Shown here one piece after another: positions 20,410 to 30,307 of a stretch of DNA of 64,000 bases. Numbering within the stretch: position 1 is the first letter of the stretch; every line of letters begins with the position of its first letter. The notes beneath the pieces are model-generated. The model did not search any database and was not told the DNA's origin. It saw only the letters and a list, made by a program, of their open reading frames with translations. Both the position numbers and the translations under genes were made by a program. The stretch comes from an uncultured Bacillota bacterium (GTDB lineage: Bacteria; Bacillota_I; Bacilli_A; RFN20; CAG-449): positions 28,639 through 92,638 of the forward strand of contig CABUOQ010000001.1 in the NCBI GenBank assembly GCA_902493275.1. The letters run 5' to 3'.

Positions 20410-21132
20410 TTATAAACCAGCTTTAGAAAAAGTAATGCTTTTATTTTCATCTACCATAAAGCCAATATATGGATTATGATAACTTTCTATAACATCATCA
20501 TTATAAACTGGAACTATCTCTTCCCCAGATTTACGATATATTCTAAGTGATTCTTTTTCAACAGGCGCTATAGTGAATGTATATTGTATACTACCTTTAC
20601 TTTTAATCAAATCATCTGCAGTAACGATATCATTGAATGGCAATTTTTTATGATATTGTATCGCAAATTCAATATCAAAAAAATACTCAGTTTTATTTTC
20701 AAAAGAATATATCTCTTTAACATCATAAACATCTTTATATCCATCGATGTAAATATTTCTATATAATTTTAATTCTAACAATTGATCCTTATCTGAATTC
20801 CACCATTCAAGAAATTCATGATTTAAATATCTTTGACCAAAATATACCTCAACACTTTGATTATGACTACTTTCTGTTCTAGCTTTTATTCCTGTATAAA
20901 ATTCATAAAAACTATCTATTAAAGGTGAAGTAGAACCACTATCCTTATCAAAATTTAATCCGGCTTCAATATATTCATCTTGCGAATTCATTTCTGATGA
21001 TAAGCTACTCACTACTTCTGTGTTTGATGATATGCTGCTTTTTTTATTAGCATTATCGCACGAGGTTAATAGTGAAGAAAATAAGAATAAACAACTTACA
21101 ATAATTAATGCATTAGATTTCTTTGTCATCAT
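20410..21132 (-). CDS. Surface lipoprotein, paralog A (240 aa)
   Basis: Lipobox LLTSC. The N-terminal roughly 50 aa and C-terminal roughly 110 aa are near-identical to the 22523-23230 product, with a divergent central segment. Confidence 0.75.
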   Translation of the reverse strand: MMTKKSNALIIVSCLFLFSSLLTSCDNANKKSSISSNTEVVSSLSSEMNSQDEYIEAGLNFDKDSGSTSPLIDSFYEFYTGIKARTESSHNQSVEVYFGQRYLNHEFLEWWNSDKDQLLELKLYRNIYIDGYKDVYDVKEIYSFENKTEYFFDIEFAIQYHKKLPFNDIVTADDLIKSKGSIQYTFTIAPVEKESLRIYRKSGEEIVPVYNDDVIESYHNPYIGFMVDENKSITFSKAGL

Positions 21133-21192
21133 AATATTCCTCCCTAATATTTTATATTATTTTTTTAAAAGTCATAGTTATTCATCTTACCT

Positions 21193-22190
21193 ACCTTAGA
21201 ATTGAATTTTTTTATATCCTTCTTAATTACCCAAGTCTTTTGAATGTTCTCAAAATATCAAGAAAATTACTTGAGTCGACAAATCATTAAGGAAATAATC
21301 TCAACCATTCACTTAATGACAATGGTTATTTCTTTATGAAATTGAGCCATTTACTTGTTAAGTTGTTTATCTTTCTATGCTCTCTATGGTGTAATTGTCA
21401 ATCAAATTATTTAGAAATCATCAAATCTAATTTAAATATTTAAATAACTTAAGAGCAAACAAAAAAATATTAATATTATCTCTAAGTTATAAGTACCCTA
21501 AACATATTTTATACTTTTCACTATTGTTTGTAAATACCGATATTTAGAGATTTCTTTTGTAGTTTGAACATTTGATAAGGTAAGAAAATAATAATATTAA
21601 ACAATAAAACTTTTTACTATGTTATTGCTTCTTTTAGAAATGTTAATAAAGTTTCTAGCAAGTGTTTTTTCAATATTGGTGAACATTTAAAATTATTAGC
21701 TTGCTGTATTGATGATTATATAACAAATAAAGGAGAATCAGCAACTAACAAGTCTCATCGATTGATAAAAATGCGATAGAAGAAGAATCTAAATTTAATT
21801 GTTTTTATGCTGTTGCTCCAAATCGTGAAATAACTATCTATGAAATAGTAAAAATCAATTCTTCTAGATGGAAATAGAACAATCTTTTATAATATTAAAA
21901 ACTGATTTTGATGCAGACCTGCTTATAAAATATCCGTGGTCATTTTGCAATTTACTTTATTAATATATCATATTCTTGAAAGAAAATTATTTTTATTAAA
22001 TGAAAACATTTATTTTACTACAAATCAAATTCTTCAACTTTAAGCAACAAACTTGATAGAAAATATTATAATTTTTCTTCTCTTAACAAACTCTTCTCTT
22101 AATTATTAAATCGTAGCAATATTCTCATTTACATTTCTTATATTACAACATATTGCTACTTTTTTGTTCTTTATCTGAAAAAGCCAAGAT
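21193..22190 (+). mobile_element. Decayed IS remnant copy 1 (IS4/IS5-type DDE transposase C-terminus, frameshifted)
   Basis: Around 21836-21960 the sequence reads ..YEIVKINSSRW(K)IEQSFIILKTDFDADLLIKYPWSF.. with the R-x3-E-x6-K transposase signature broken by a 1-nt deletion in an A-run. There is no intact ORF. About 1 kb is repeated at 26130-27210. Confidence 0.5.
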
Positions 22191-22256
22191 ATTATAAATA
22201 TAAATAGAGCAAGAAAATATTTTTATCATTTGCTTTTTTATATTAAATATTTGACC

Positions 22257-22336
22257 TTAAAGATTATCTTTAATGATTTTAATCATAAGAATGATATCTT
22301 CTTCATCTAACACTCTTTTATTAAACATTCTTTATA
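22257..22336 (-). pseudogene. Orphan 3' fragment of a 293-aa-gene homolog (second copy)
   Basis: Identical in coding sequence to 20131-20215. Confidence 0.6.
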
Positions 22337-22384
22337 ATTAAAAAAATCCATGAAAGCAAAATCATTAATTTTTTTATCACCAAT

Positions 22385-22440
22385 CAAAAAAAGGATAGAA
22401 TCACCAATTATTCATTAAAGGATATGATTCTTCCTTTTAT
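22385..22440 (-). terminator. Bidirectional terminator downstream of lipoprotein paralog B
   Basis: Same hairpin as 20262-20314. Confidence 0.55.
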
Positions 22441-22522
22441 AAATTTTCTCAATTTGAATTTTGAAAATTTTTATTTAAACTATAAATAAATGTTAACACT
22501 ATTTTTTATTTCATATTATTTT

Positions 22523-23230
22523 TTAATAGGTAATTTTAGAAAAAGTAATGTATTTATTTTCATCAACATTAAAATTTATACTAGAACCATAACTTCGGAT
22601 TTCATTGTCAGAGTATGCTAGAACAATTCCATTACTAGACTTGCAGTAAATTCTAAGCGGCTCATTTTCAACCGGTGAAATAGTAAATGTATATTTCACA
22701 CTACCTCTACTTTTAATTAAATCATCTGCAGTAACGATATCATTGAATGGTAATTTTTTATGATATTGTATCGCAAATTCAATATCAAAAAAATACTCAG
22801 TTTTATTTTCAAAAGAATATATCTCTTTAACATCATAAACATCTTTATATCCGTCGATATATATGTTTCTGTACAATTTAAATTCTAATTGTTGATCTCT
22901 ATCAGACCCCCAATAATCTAATAACTCGGCACTCATAAGATAATTTCCAAAATATACTTCGATATTAGGATTTAAACTGCTCTCTTTTTTCACTTTTATT
23001 CCCGTATCCCAATAATTGAAAACGGTATCTACAGGACTCTCGGTGGTACCCCTATCGAATCCCACTTCAATATATTCATCTTGCGAACTAATCTCTGATG
23101 ATAAGCTACTCACTACTTCTGTGTTTGATGATATGCTGCTTTTTTCATTAGCATAATCACACGAGGTTAATAGTGAAGAAAATAAGAATAAACAACTTAC
23201 AATAATTAATGCATTAGATTTCTTTGTCAT
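22523..23230 (-). CDS. Surface lipoprotein, paralog B (235 aa)
   Basis: Lipobox LLTSC; shares N- and C-terminal blocks with paralog A. Starts 28 nt after the stop of the 906-aa gene, so is likely co-transcribed with it. Confidence 0.75.
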   Translation of the reverse strand: MTKKSNALIIVSCLFLFSSLLTSCDYANEKSSISSNTEVVSSLSSEISSQDEYIEVGFDRGTTESPVDTVFNYWDTGIKVKKESSLNPNIEVYFGNYLMSAELLDYWGSDRDQQLEFKLYRNIYIDGYKDVYDVKEIYSFENKTEYFFDIEFAIQYHKKLPFNDIVTADDLIKSRGSVKYTFTISPVENEPLRIYCKSSNGIVLAYSDNEIRSYGSSINFNVDENKYITFSKITY

Positions 23231-23257
23231 AATAATATTTCTCCCTATTATATTATA

Positions 23258-25978
23258 TCAACTTTTTGTAAAAGTTATATTTATATCGTCACCTGAATCA
23301 TAATCGGCAAAAGTTTCAGAAGGATCATATTGAGAAAGGACAATAAAATAAGTAATGTCTTTATTAAAGTTTCCATAAATCTCTGCATTAGAATCATCAG
23401 AATCATCATTTTCATTAATATCATATTCAATTAAATCTGAACTACTTGGATTAATAACATAGAGATAATTGTCAAACTCACTATTTAATTTAATTTTATA
23501 GTAACCACTTTCAGTTGGAGTCCATGTTAAAACCATAGAATTGTACTGACATAAATATGCTTTTAAAGAATAATTTGTAACTGAATTAATATGATAAATA
23601 TTTTCATATTTTGATAATGAATTATCTTCATTATTTTTAAACCCTTTTATAGGGGTTATAGATAGTTTCGTCTTTCCGGAAGCAGTTGAACTATATAATT
23701 TTATTTTCAAGACATAAGTTTTATTGGATTCTAAATTTTTATTAATAAATGAATTTAATTTATATCCTGAATCATCATCGTTAGCAATTAAAGTTTTTCC
23801 ATCCTCTTCATACAACCACATTTTGGTATCTATTCCACCAAACGTTTGTATTAATTTATCACCAGAATTATCAAAACTAATGTGGAAGATCCATTCTGTT
23901 CCCTGTGAAATAGCTAAGCTTTTTTCAAAATATCTTATATTATCTAATTCTAAATTGGTTTCTGCCATAGAAGGCTTAGAAAATTCATAGTAACTAGAAT
24001 AATATGGACCACTCTCTATACCAAGAGTAGCATATGATTGAATCATAACATAATACTTTGTACCTGTTGCCATAAGTATAGAGTCCCATTCACTTTGAGT
24101 TAAAGTATATGTGTTAGTAGTTATGTTATTCTTCTTTAATATCAAATTTTTGTTTAAATCATAAAAGTTTAATGTGAATTTATTATTGCAAAAACTATAT
24201 TTTACTCCATCTACAATAATACTTGTCCCTCCAACTTTCCAATTAAATGTTGGTAGTACAAAATAATTATCAGAAACATTAATTGAAATATTGTATGAGC
24301 TCAGTTTGAATCCTTCTAGCAATTTTCCTAAGTCAGAACGTGAAAAACTTAACTCACTATTATATAAAACATTAATAAAATCGTAAAAAAATTCTGGGTT
24401 GTTATCAACCATTAAGTTCCACAAATCCGTATCACTAATTGATAATTTATCACAATCTATAGAATTGTTTGAATCCCAAAGTCTATAAAGAAAACTTTCA
24501 ATAATAACTTCATCTGATTCGCCATTTATTTGATTATGAAATCCAAATGTATTAGTCATTTCCTCTAAACTTTGATCTATTCCATTATAAGAACTATATT
24601 TTACGTCTCCGACAACAGATATTTTTCTTAAGTCTTGTGGAAAAGTGCTTTGAGCAGTAATAGCAAAAAATGTAGGCCATGCCTCCTTCCAAGCAAGACC
24701 AATCGCATGAGTTTTTGCTTTCGCTAATTCTTGAGCGTCGATAATATATTCTTCACTATTCTGTTTTGCACTAATAATATTACTGAATAAATATTGGTAT
24801 AAACCATTATAAACTATAGCATGCTCACCAGAATAATTTTGTTGAAAAAAACATTTCTGTAAATGGTGGCCATATTCATGACCTATAACATCCCACGAAC
24901 CATGAACGGATGGAGAGTCATTTTTTCTATAAGACTCATTGGCCAAATAAATATTTTGCTCATTATTTAAATAATAACATCCATCATTTTCTGTAGGATA
25001 TACAATACCACATGTTTCTATGTAAACTCCATTGTTTAATGTTCTTGCATACTCAGAATATCTTTCCATTGCAGAAAAAATTTGCATTGCATATCCCAAA
25101 TCATCATGTTGCGCTCCAGTAAATGTTAGAGTGCCAAAGTCATAATTTGTATTAATTGAAAAATTTGTAAGTTTATTAGCACTTTCATACACATTTCCAT
25201 TTTTATTTATTACTTTTACCATTAAATTTTCAGCATAAATATGTATATAGCAATCACTACTTGCTAACAAACTACTATAATTAATATTAAAATATCCAGA
25301 AGAATTAGTATAAGTAAAATATGCAAATTGATTATGACCTAAATCTAATTTAACTTTTACCCCAATTAAAGGGTGAGAATTTAACTCATCATCCTCCCAT
25401 TTTAAATATCCATAAACTCTTCCAGAGAAACTAATTTTTTGAGGCTTATTAGTATCCATATCTTCAGACTCTGGCGTTACTCCTATATACGATGCATTAT
25501 CTACATCGTTATCCATATACTTTTGACCTGGAATATTTCCTACTAATTCCCAAGCTGAATAAAGCGACAATGAAGATATGGCATATTTATTGTCTTCACT
25601 TTTTGAAGAATAAACACTTCTTTTAATTGTCTCTTCTTCCAAAGAAAATGATATTTCTGTTTTTCCATCTTCATTAGGTAAAGTAAATTTTACATAACAT
25701 CCACTTATATCTGATGATATGATATCTAAACTTATATTACCTTCAAAATGTATTAAAGGAACAGCTTCAAAATCATAATTAATATTGCCAAAAAATGTGT
25801 TGTTATTTGAAACAGCATTCTCACCAAAATCAAATGTAATTGTATGATTGTTTCCCGTTCCTAAACTATAATTAACATTTTTAATTTCAGTTAAATTTAC
25901 TAAATTTTCATTGCTTACTGACGGATGAAAAGAAATACCCAAAAAAACCAACATTAATATTAAGAACTTTTTTAACAT
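23258..25978 (-). CDS. Large secreted protein (906 aa) with an HExxH zincin-like motif and a C-terminal pre-peptidase (PPC)-like domain; putative metallopeptidase
   Basis: SPI-type signal peptide MLKKFLILMLVFLGISFHPSVS. Motif ..SWDVIGHEYGHHLQ... A C-terminal roughly 110 aa region ..LYEEDGKTLIANDDDSGYKLNSF..YVLKIKLYS.. resembles PPC domains. Asn/Ser/Tyr-rich beta composition. Confidence 0.55.
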   Translation of the reverse strand: MLKKFLILMLVFLGISFHPSVSNENLVNLTEIKNVNYSLGTGNNHTITFDFGENAVSNNNTFFGNINYDFEAVPLIHFEGNISLDIISSDISGCYVKFTLPNEDGKTEISFSLEEETIKRSVYSSKSEDNKYAISSLSLYSAWELVGNIPGQKYMDNDVDNASYIGVTPESEDMDTNKPQKISFSGRVYGYLKWEDDELNSHPLIGVKVKLDLGHNQFAYFTYTNSSGYFNINYSSLLASSDCYIHIYAENLMVKVINKNGNVYESANKLTNFSINTNYDFGTLTFTGAQHDDLGYAMQIFSAMERYSEYARTLNNGVYIETCGIVYPTENDGCYYLNNEQNIYLANESYRKNDSPSVHGSWDVIGHEYGHHLQKCFFQQNYSGEHAIVYNGLYQYLFSNIISAKQNSEEYIIDAQELAKAKTHAIGLAWKEAWPTFFAITAQSTFPQDLRKISVVGDVKYSSYNGIDQSLEEMTNTFGFHNQINGESDEVIIESFLYRLWDSNNSIDCDKLSISDTDLWNLMVDNNPEFFYDFINVLYNSELSFSRSDLGKLLEGFKLSSYNISINVSDNYFVLPTFNWKVGGTSIIVDGVKYSFCNNKFTLNFYDLNKNLILKKNNITTNTYTLTQSEWDSILMATGTKYYVMIQSYATLGIESGPYYSSYYEFSKPSMAETNLELDNIRYFEKSLAISQGTEWIFHISFDNSGDKLIQTFGGIDTKMWLYEEDGKTLIANDDDSGYKLNSFINKNLESNKTYVLKIKLYSSTASGKTKLSITPIKGFKNNEDNSLSKYENIYHINSVTNYSLKAYLCQYNSMVLTWTPTESGYYKIKLNSEFDNYLYVINPSSSDLIEYDINENDDSDDSNAEIYGNFNKDITYFIVLSQYDPSETFADYDSGDDINITFTKS

Positions 25979-26129
25979 ATTTTTACATCTTATACTAATA
26001 AATAATTTGAGATTGAACTATTTATTAGTAATCCTTTCTTTGAGAACAATACTTTTAATTAATTCAATAATCAAAAATAAATTTATGTACATATATGTCA
26101 AGTACAAAAAAATTATTCTTTATGGACAA

Positions 26130-27210
26130 AGCTAATTAACCCACCTTAGAATTGAATATTTTATGCATTCTTTTTAATTACCCAAGTCTCTTGAATGTTC
26201 TCAAAATATCAAGAAAATAACTTAGGTTGACAAATCATTAAGAAAATAATCTCAACCTTTCACTTAATGACAATGGTTATTTCTCTATGAAATTGAACCA
26301 TTTATTTGTTAAGTTGTTTATCTTTTCTATACTCTCTTTGTCGTACAAAATATGCTAAATATAATGCTTTGCTAGCGATTGAATATAAGACTTATATTTT
26401 TTAGATTCATTTATAAGTTTAAACTCTTTTTACTAAAGTTCTTGAATTAAAATTAAGTCGTATTCTTCACATTTTATTTATGCGACAAAAATCTTATATT
26501 TAGATATATAATACCTAAAAACAAAATTTTTAGTTGTGATATTTTTGCTTTTTCATAAACAAAAGATATTATTAATCAAATCACTTAGAAATTATCAAGT
26601 TTAATTTCAATGTTTAAATAATAGCCTAAGAGCAAAACAAAAAAATATCAATATTATCCCTAAGTTATAAGTACCCTAAACATATTTTATACTTTTCACT
26701 ATTGTTTGTAAATACCGATATTTAGAGATTTCTTTTGTAGTTTGAACATTTGATAAGGTAAGAAAATAATAATATTAAACAATAAAACTTTTTACTATGT
26801 TATTGCTTCTTTTAGAAATGTTAATAAAGTTTCTAGCAAGTGTTTTTTCAATATTGGTGAACATTTAAAATTATTAGCTTGCTGTATTGATGATTATATA
26901 ACAAATAAAGGAGAATTAGCAAATTAAAAACTGATTTTGATGCTAGATCTGCTTATAAAATATCCGTGGTCATTTTGCAATTTGCTTTATTAATATATCG
27001 TATTCTTGAAAGAAAATTATTTTTATTAAATGAAAATATCCATTTTACTACAAATCAAATCCTTCAACTTTAAGCAAAAAGCGTAATAGAAAATATTATA
27101 ATTTTTCTTCTCTTAATTATTAAATCGTAGCAATATTCTCATTTGCATTTATTATATTGCAACATGTTGCCACTTTTTTATTCTTTATCTGCAAAAGCCA
27201 AGATTATAAA
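26130..27210 (+). mobile_element. Decayed IS remnant copy 2
   Basis: Collinear with 21193-22190 at about 90-95% identity. It has an extra roughly 190-bp segment at 26345-26590 and lacks the roughly 150-bp segment at 21720-21880. Its transposase-tail reading frame is broken differently. Confidence 0.5.
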
Positions 27211-27218
27211 ACTTGTCA

Positions 27219-28100
27219 TTATAGATGTTCTTTGATGATTTTAATCATCGTATTTACATCATCTTCGTCTAACGCTGTATTAATTAATAATTGTTTAAGC
27301 GATTGTTTCTCATCAAATTCCAGTTGCGTAAGATAAAAAACAATCTCTCCGATTATCTCTGAGGAATAAAAATCAAATAAGGAATGTGGAAAAAATTTAA
27401 TTTCAACCGTATTTAAAATATCAATTGCTAAGGAAATAATAGATGGAGAAACACTTGCTCGTTGAATGTAATCAACACAATCTAAATATGCTTTTCTATC
27501 TAATGGATATGCTAGCTTAATCGGATTAATTACAAGTGTCTCTTTATCAGATATTTTCACCTTAAAATTTGAATCTATCTTTTGATCGATTAAAATATAT
27601 TCTAACAAAACTTTATAATCATATTTTTCATTTGAAATAAGATATTCGGAAACAACATCTAAATAGTTGCGAATATTAATTGATGAAAGGTATTTTAAAG
27701 CTTGACTAACACAATCAACATTCTGACTATATAAATCTTTTATAAGTGATTCACGAGTGTAGTCATCTTTTTTTATTGAAAAATAATTCTTTTTGATTTC
27801 TTCTTCTAACTCGTTCATAAAATCATCAACTGTTAATGAAATAAATGGAGCCTCTTGATATTCTTTCAATACTTCTAAAGCTTGGTTTGCATCATCTTTA
27901 GCAAGATAAAAACTCACATGTTTGCCAATCAATAATACCGGTTGTACTTTTAATAAATGTTCAGCATTATTATCGATAAAATCATGTAATTTATCTTCAT
28001 CAAGCATCATTATAATCACATCTAAAAGCTCAAATAGTGAGGAATCATCTTTTTTTAAGAGTAAATCTTTATATTTTTTTAATAGAACTTCATTATCCAT
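27219..28100 (-). CDS. Acidic cytoplasmic hypothetical protein (293 aa). Full-length member of the family whose 3' fragments appear at 20131 and 22257.
   Basis: Complete ORF with no signal peptide; its 3' end abuts the IS remnant end. Confidence 0.55.
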   Translation of the reverse strand: MDNEVLLKKYKDLLLKKDDSSLFELLDVIIMMLDEDKLHDFIDNNAEHLLKVQPVLLIGKHVSFYLAKDDANQALEVLKEYQEAPFISLTVDDFMNELEEEIKKNYFSIKKDDYTRESLIKDLYSQNVDCVSQALKYLSSINIRNYLDVVSEYLISNEKYDYKVLLEYILIDQKIDSNFKVKISDKETLVINPIKLAYPLDRKAYLDCVDYIQRASVSPSIISLAIDILNTVEIKFFPHSLFDFYSSEIIGEIVFYLTQLEFDEKQSLKQLLINTALDEDDVNTMIKIIKEHL

Positions 28101-28103
28101 TGA

Positions 28104-29072
28104 TTAATATATTTCCTTTACTTTTGCAATAAAAAAACTCAAAGTTTTCTCATGATAATATTCTCGTGCTGTCTTTTTGTCATCAGTAACATAAATTTGA
28201 TTTATATAAGGGCAATCTTTATAATATGAAGAAATAACTTTCATTGATAAAACATCACCAAATTCTGAATATTCTCTTTCAAAGCCATCATTATATATTA
28301 TACGGGCATCGCTTAAAGTACCATTAATGTATCTTTGCAATGTTGGGACTACGCCGCCTCTATAACCAAGTGTTGGATTACCTTCAACTGATAGACCATA
28401 TTTATTAGTAAATTGACTATAATATTCATCACTAGTAAAATATTTTGACATATCAAAACCATACAATACTTTTTCATTATTCTCAATGTAGTCATTAAAA
28501 AATAATTTCTTAAAGGAAGTACAATCACTACACGTTTCTAAATGGAAATAAACATCTATATCACCATTTGATGAAATTAATTTATTTAATTCATCCTCAT
28601 CATTTAACACATAAAAATTAGAAACGTTAATCTTAGAATTAATTAAATTATTAAACGCTATCGAAGAATTAAATATCTCACTATTTTTTTCATCATCAAA
28701 GCGCTCCTTAATATTACCATTTTCATAAAGAATAAGTGTTGGAGTTACTTTATATGGTGAAAAAGAATTATCAGGAGATAATCGCTCAGCATCAACGTTT
28801 ATGCCATATATTAAGCAGTGATTCTGTTTAATATATGAATTCAAAATATTTTCAAATGAATTACAGGAAAAACAACTGGGAGAATAAATAAATAACAAAA
28901 AAGTGTCTTCATTCATTATCTTCCCTTGCAATATATCTTTTGAAATATCAGCAAAGCTCTCATTAAATGCTGATCCTTGTATTGTAATCATATCTTTATT
29001 AGGCATGATACTTCCTTGTTTACATCCAGTTAAGCACATCAAAACCAAAAATGGAATAATCTTTTTTTTCAT
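28104..29072 (-). CDS. Lipoprotein with two thioredoxin-like CxxC domains (thiol-disulfide oxidoreductase-like)
   Basis: Lipobox LTGC; ..LFIYSPSCFSCNSF.. and ..DVYFHLETCSDCTSF.. CxxC motifs in a beta-strand-CxxC-helix context; 322 aa. Confidence 0.55.
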   Translation of the reverse strand: MKKKIIPFLVLMCLTGCKQGSIMPNKDMITIQGSAFNESFADISKDILQGKIMNEDTFLLFIYSPSCFSCNSFENILNSYIKQNHCLIYGINVDAERLSPDNSFSPYKVTPTLILYENGNIKERFDDEKNSEIFNSSIAFNNLINSKINVSNFYVLNDEDELNKLISSNGDIDVYFHLETCSDCTSFKKLFFNDYIENNEKVLYGFDMSKYFTSDEYYSQFTNKYGLSVEGNPTLGYRGGVVPTLQRYINGTLSDARIIYNDGFEREYSEFGDVLSMKVISSYYKDCPYINQIYVTDDKKTAREYYHEKTLSFFIAKVKEIY

Positions 29073-30307
29073 TAGAATTTTACCATTCCATATTTCTTTT
29101 TACCACGTCTAATTACGATATATTTTTCACCTATAGCCATTTGACTTGTTAAAATGACATTGCTGTCCGTAATTTTTTCACCATTAACACTAATAGCGCC
29201 ACCTACAATAAATTCACGACCCTCACGCTTAGAAGAAGCAAGTTTTAATCTTATAATAGCATCAAGCAATGTTTCATTTTCCAAAGCAGAAATGCAAGGT
29301 AAATCATTAAAGCCCATCTCAATTTCTTCTGCAGTTAGTTCTTTAATATTGCCATCAAATAAGGCTTGTGAAATTCTTAAAGCTTGTGCATATGCTTTTT
29401 CACCATGAACGAAAGTAGTTATCTCTTTAGCTAATGTTTTTTGAGCAAGTCTTTTTTCTGGCTCATTTAAGAAATCTTTTTCGATTTGATATATATCTTC
29501 TAATGGCAAAAAAGTAAATTGCTTTAAGCGCTTAATTACTTCATTATCTGGTGTATTTATCCAGAATTGATAAAATTCGTATGGTGAAGTTTTCTCTTTG
29601 TCTAACCAAACTGATTTTCCACCTTCTGATTTACCAAATTTAGTGCCATCAGATTTAAGTATTAATGGAATAGTCATTCCATACACTTTAGCCTCAGGAC
29701 CATTCTTTTTACGGATTAATTCAATTCCAGCGGTAATATTTCCCCATTGATCTTGACCACCAATTTGAACGTTGCAATTTTCAAATTGATATAAATGATT
29801 CCAGTCTAAAGATTGTAAAATCTGATATGAAAATTCAGTATATGAAATTCCAGATTCTAGTCTTGATTTAACTGTATCTTTATTAATCATATAATTAACA
29901 TTAAATTCTTTACCATAGTCACGTAAGAAATCGATTACACTAATTTTTGAAATCCAATCATAATTATTTACAATTTTCTCAAAGCCAAAAATTTCTTTGA
30001 CTTGTTTAGCTAAACATTCAGAGTTTTTCAAAGTAACACTTGGGTCGAGCATTTTTCTTTCACCTTGCATTTTTGGATCGCCGATTAAACCGGTTGCTCC
30101 TCCAACTAACAAGATTGGGTGATGACCATGATCTTTTAATCTTTTAGCCACTAAATATGTTACTAAATGACCAACATGAAGAGAATCACCTGTAGGATCA
30201 CATCCAAGATAAAATGTCACTTTATTATTTTCTAAAAAATCTCCAAAACCTTCATCTGTGGTATCAAAGAATAAATCTCTTTGCTTTAATTCATCAATCA
30301 ATCTCAT
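29072..30307 (-). CDS. tyrS: Tyrosine--tRNA ligase
   Basis: HIGH-type motif ..DPTGDSLHVGHL.., KMSKS-type KFGKS, C-terminal S4 domain; 411 aa. Confidence 0.97.
   Translation of the reverse strand: MRLIDELKQRDLFFDTTDEGFGDFLENNKVTFYLGCDPTGDSLHVGHLVTYLVAKRLKDHGHHPILLVGGATGLIGDPKMQGERKMLDPSVTLKNSECLAKQVKEIFGFEKIVNNYDWISKISVIDFLRDYGKEFNVNYMINKDTVKSRLESGISYTEFSYQILQSLDWNHLYQFENCNVQIGGQDQWGNITAGIELIRKKNGPEAKVYGMTIPLILKSDGTKFGKSEGGKSVWLDKEKTSPYEFYQFWINTPDNEVIKRLKQFTFLPLEDIYQIEKDFLNEPEKRLAQKTLAKEITTFVHGEKAYAQALRISQALFDGNIKELTAEEIEMGFNDLPCISALENETLLDAIIRLKLASSKREGREFIVGGAISVNGEKITDSNVILTSQMAIGEKYIVIRRGKKKYGMVKF

Larger units (their letters stand above)
22191..22522. repeat. Dispersed repeat copy B (homolog of 20065-20409)
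   Basis: See copy A. Confidence 0.85.

Noticed and set aside
20584-20766. 60-aa plus-strand ORF
   Set aside because: Antisense inside lipoprotein paralog A.
21250-21420. Short frames (MFSKYQENYLSRQIIKEIISTIHLMTMVISL and similar) inside the IS remnant
   Set aside because: They may be decayed N-terminal transposase pieces but are too short and degenerate to call. Folded into the mobile-element feature.
23724-23990. 88-aa plus-strand ORF
   Set aside because: Antisense inside the 906-aa gene.
27922-29408. Plus-strand ORFs 27922-28107, 28903-29112 and 29154-29408
   Set aside because: Antisense to the 293-aa, thioredoxin-like lipoprotein and tyrS genes.
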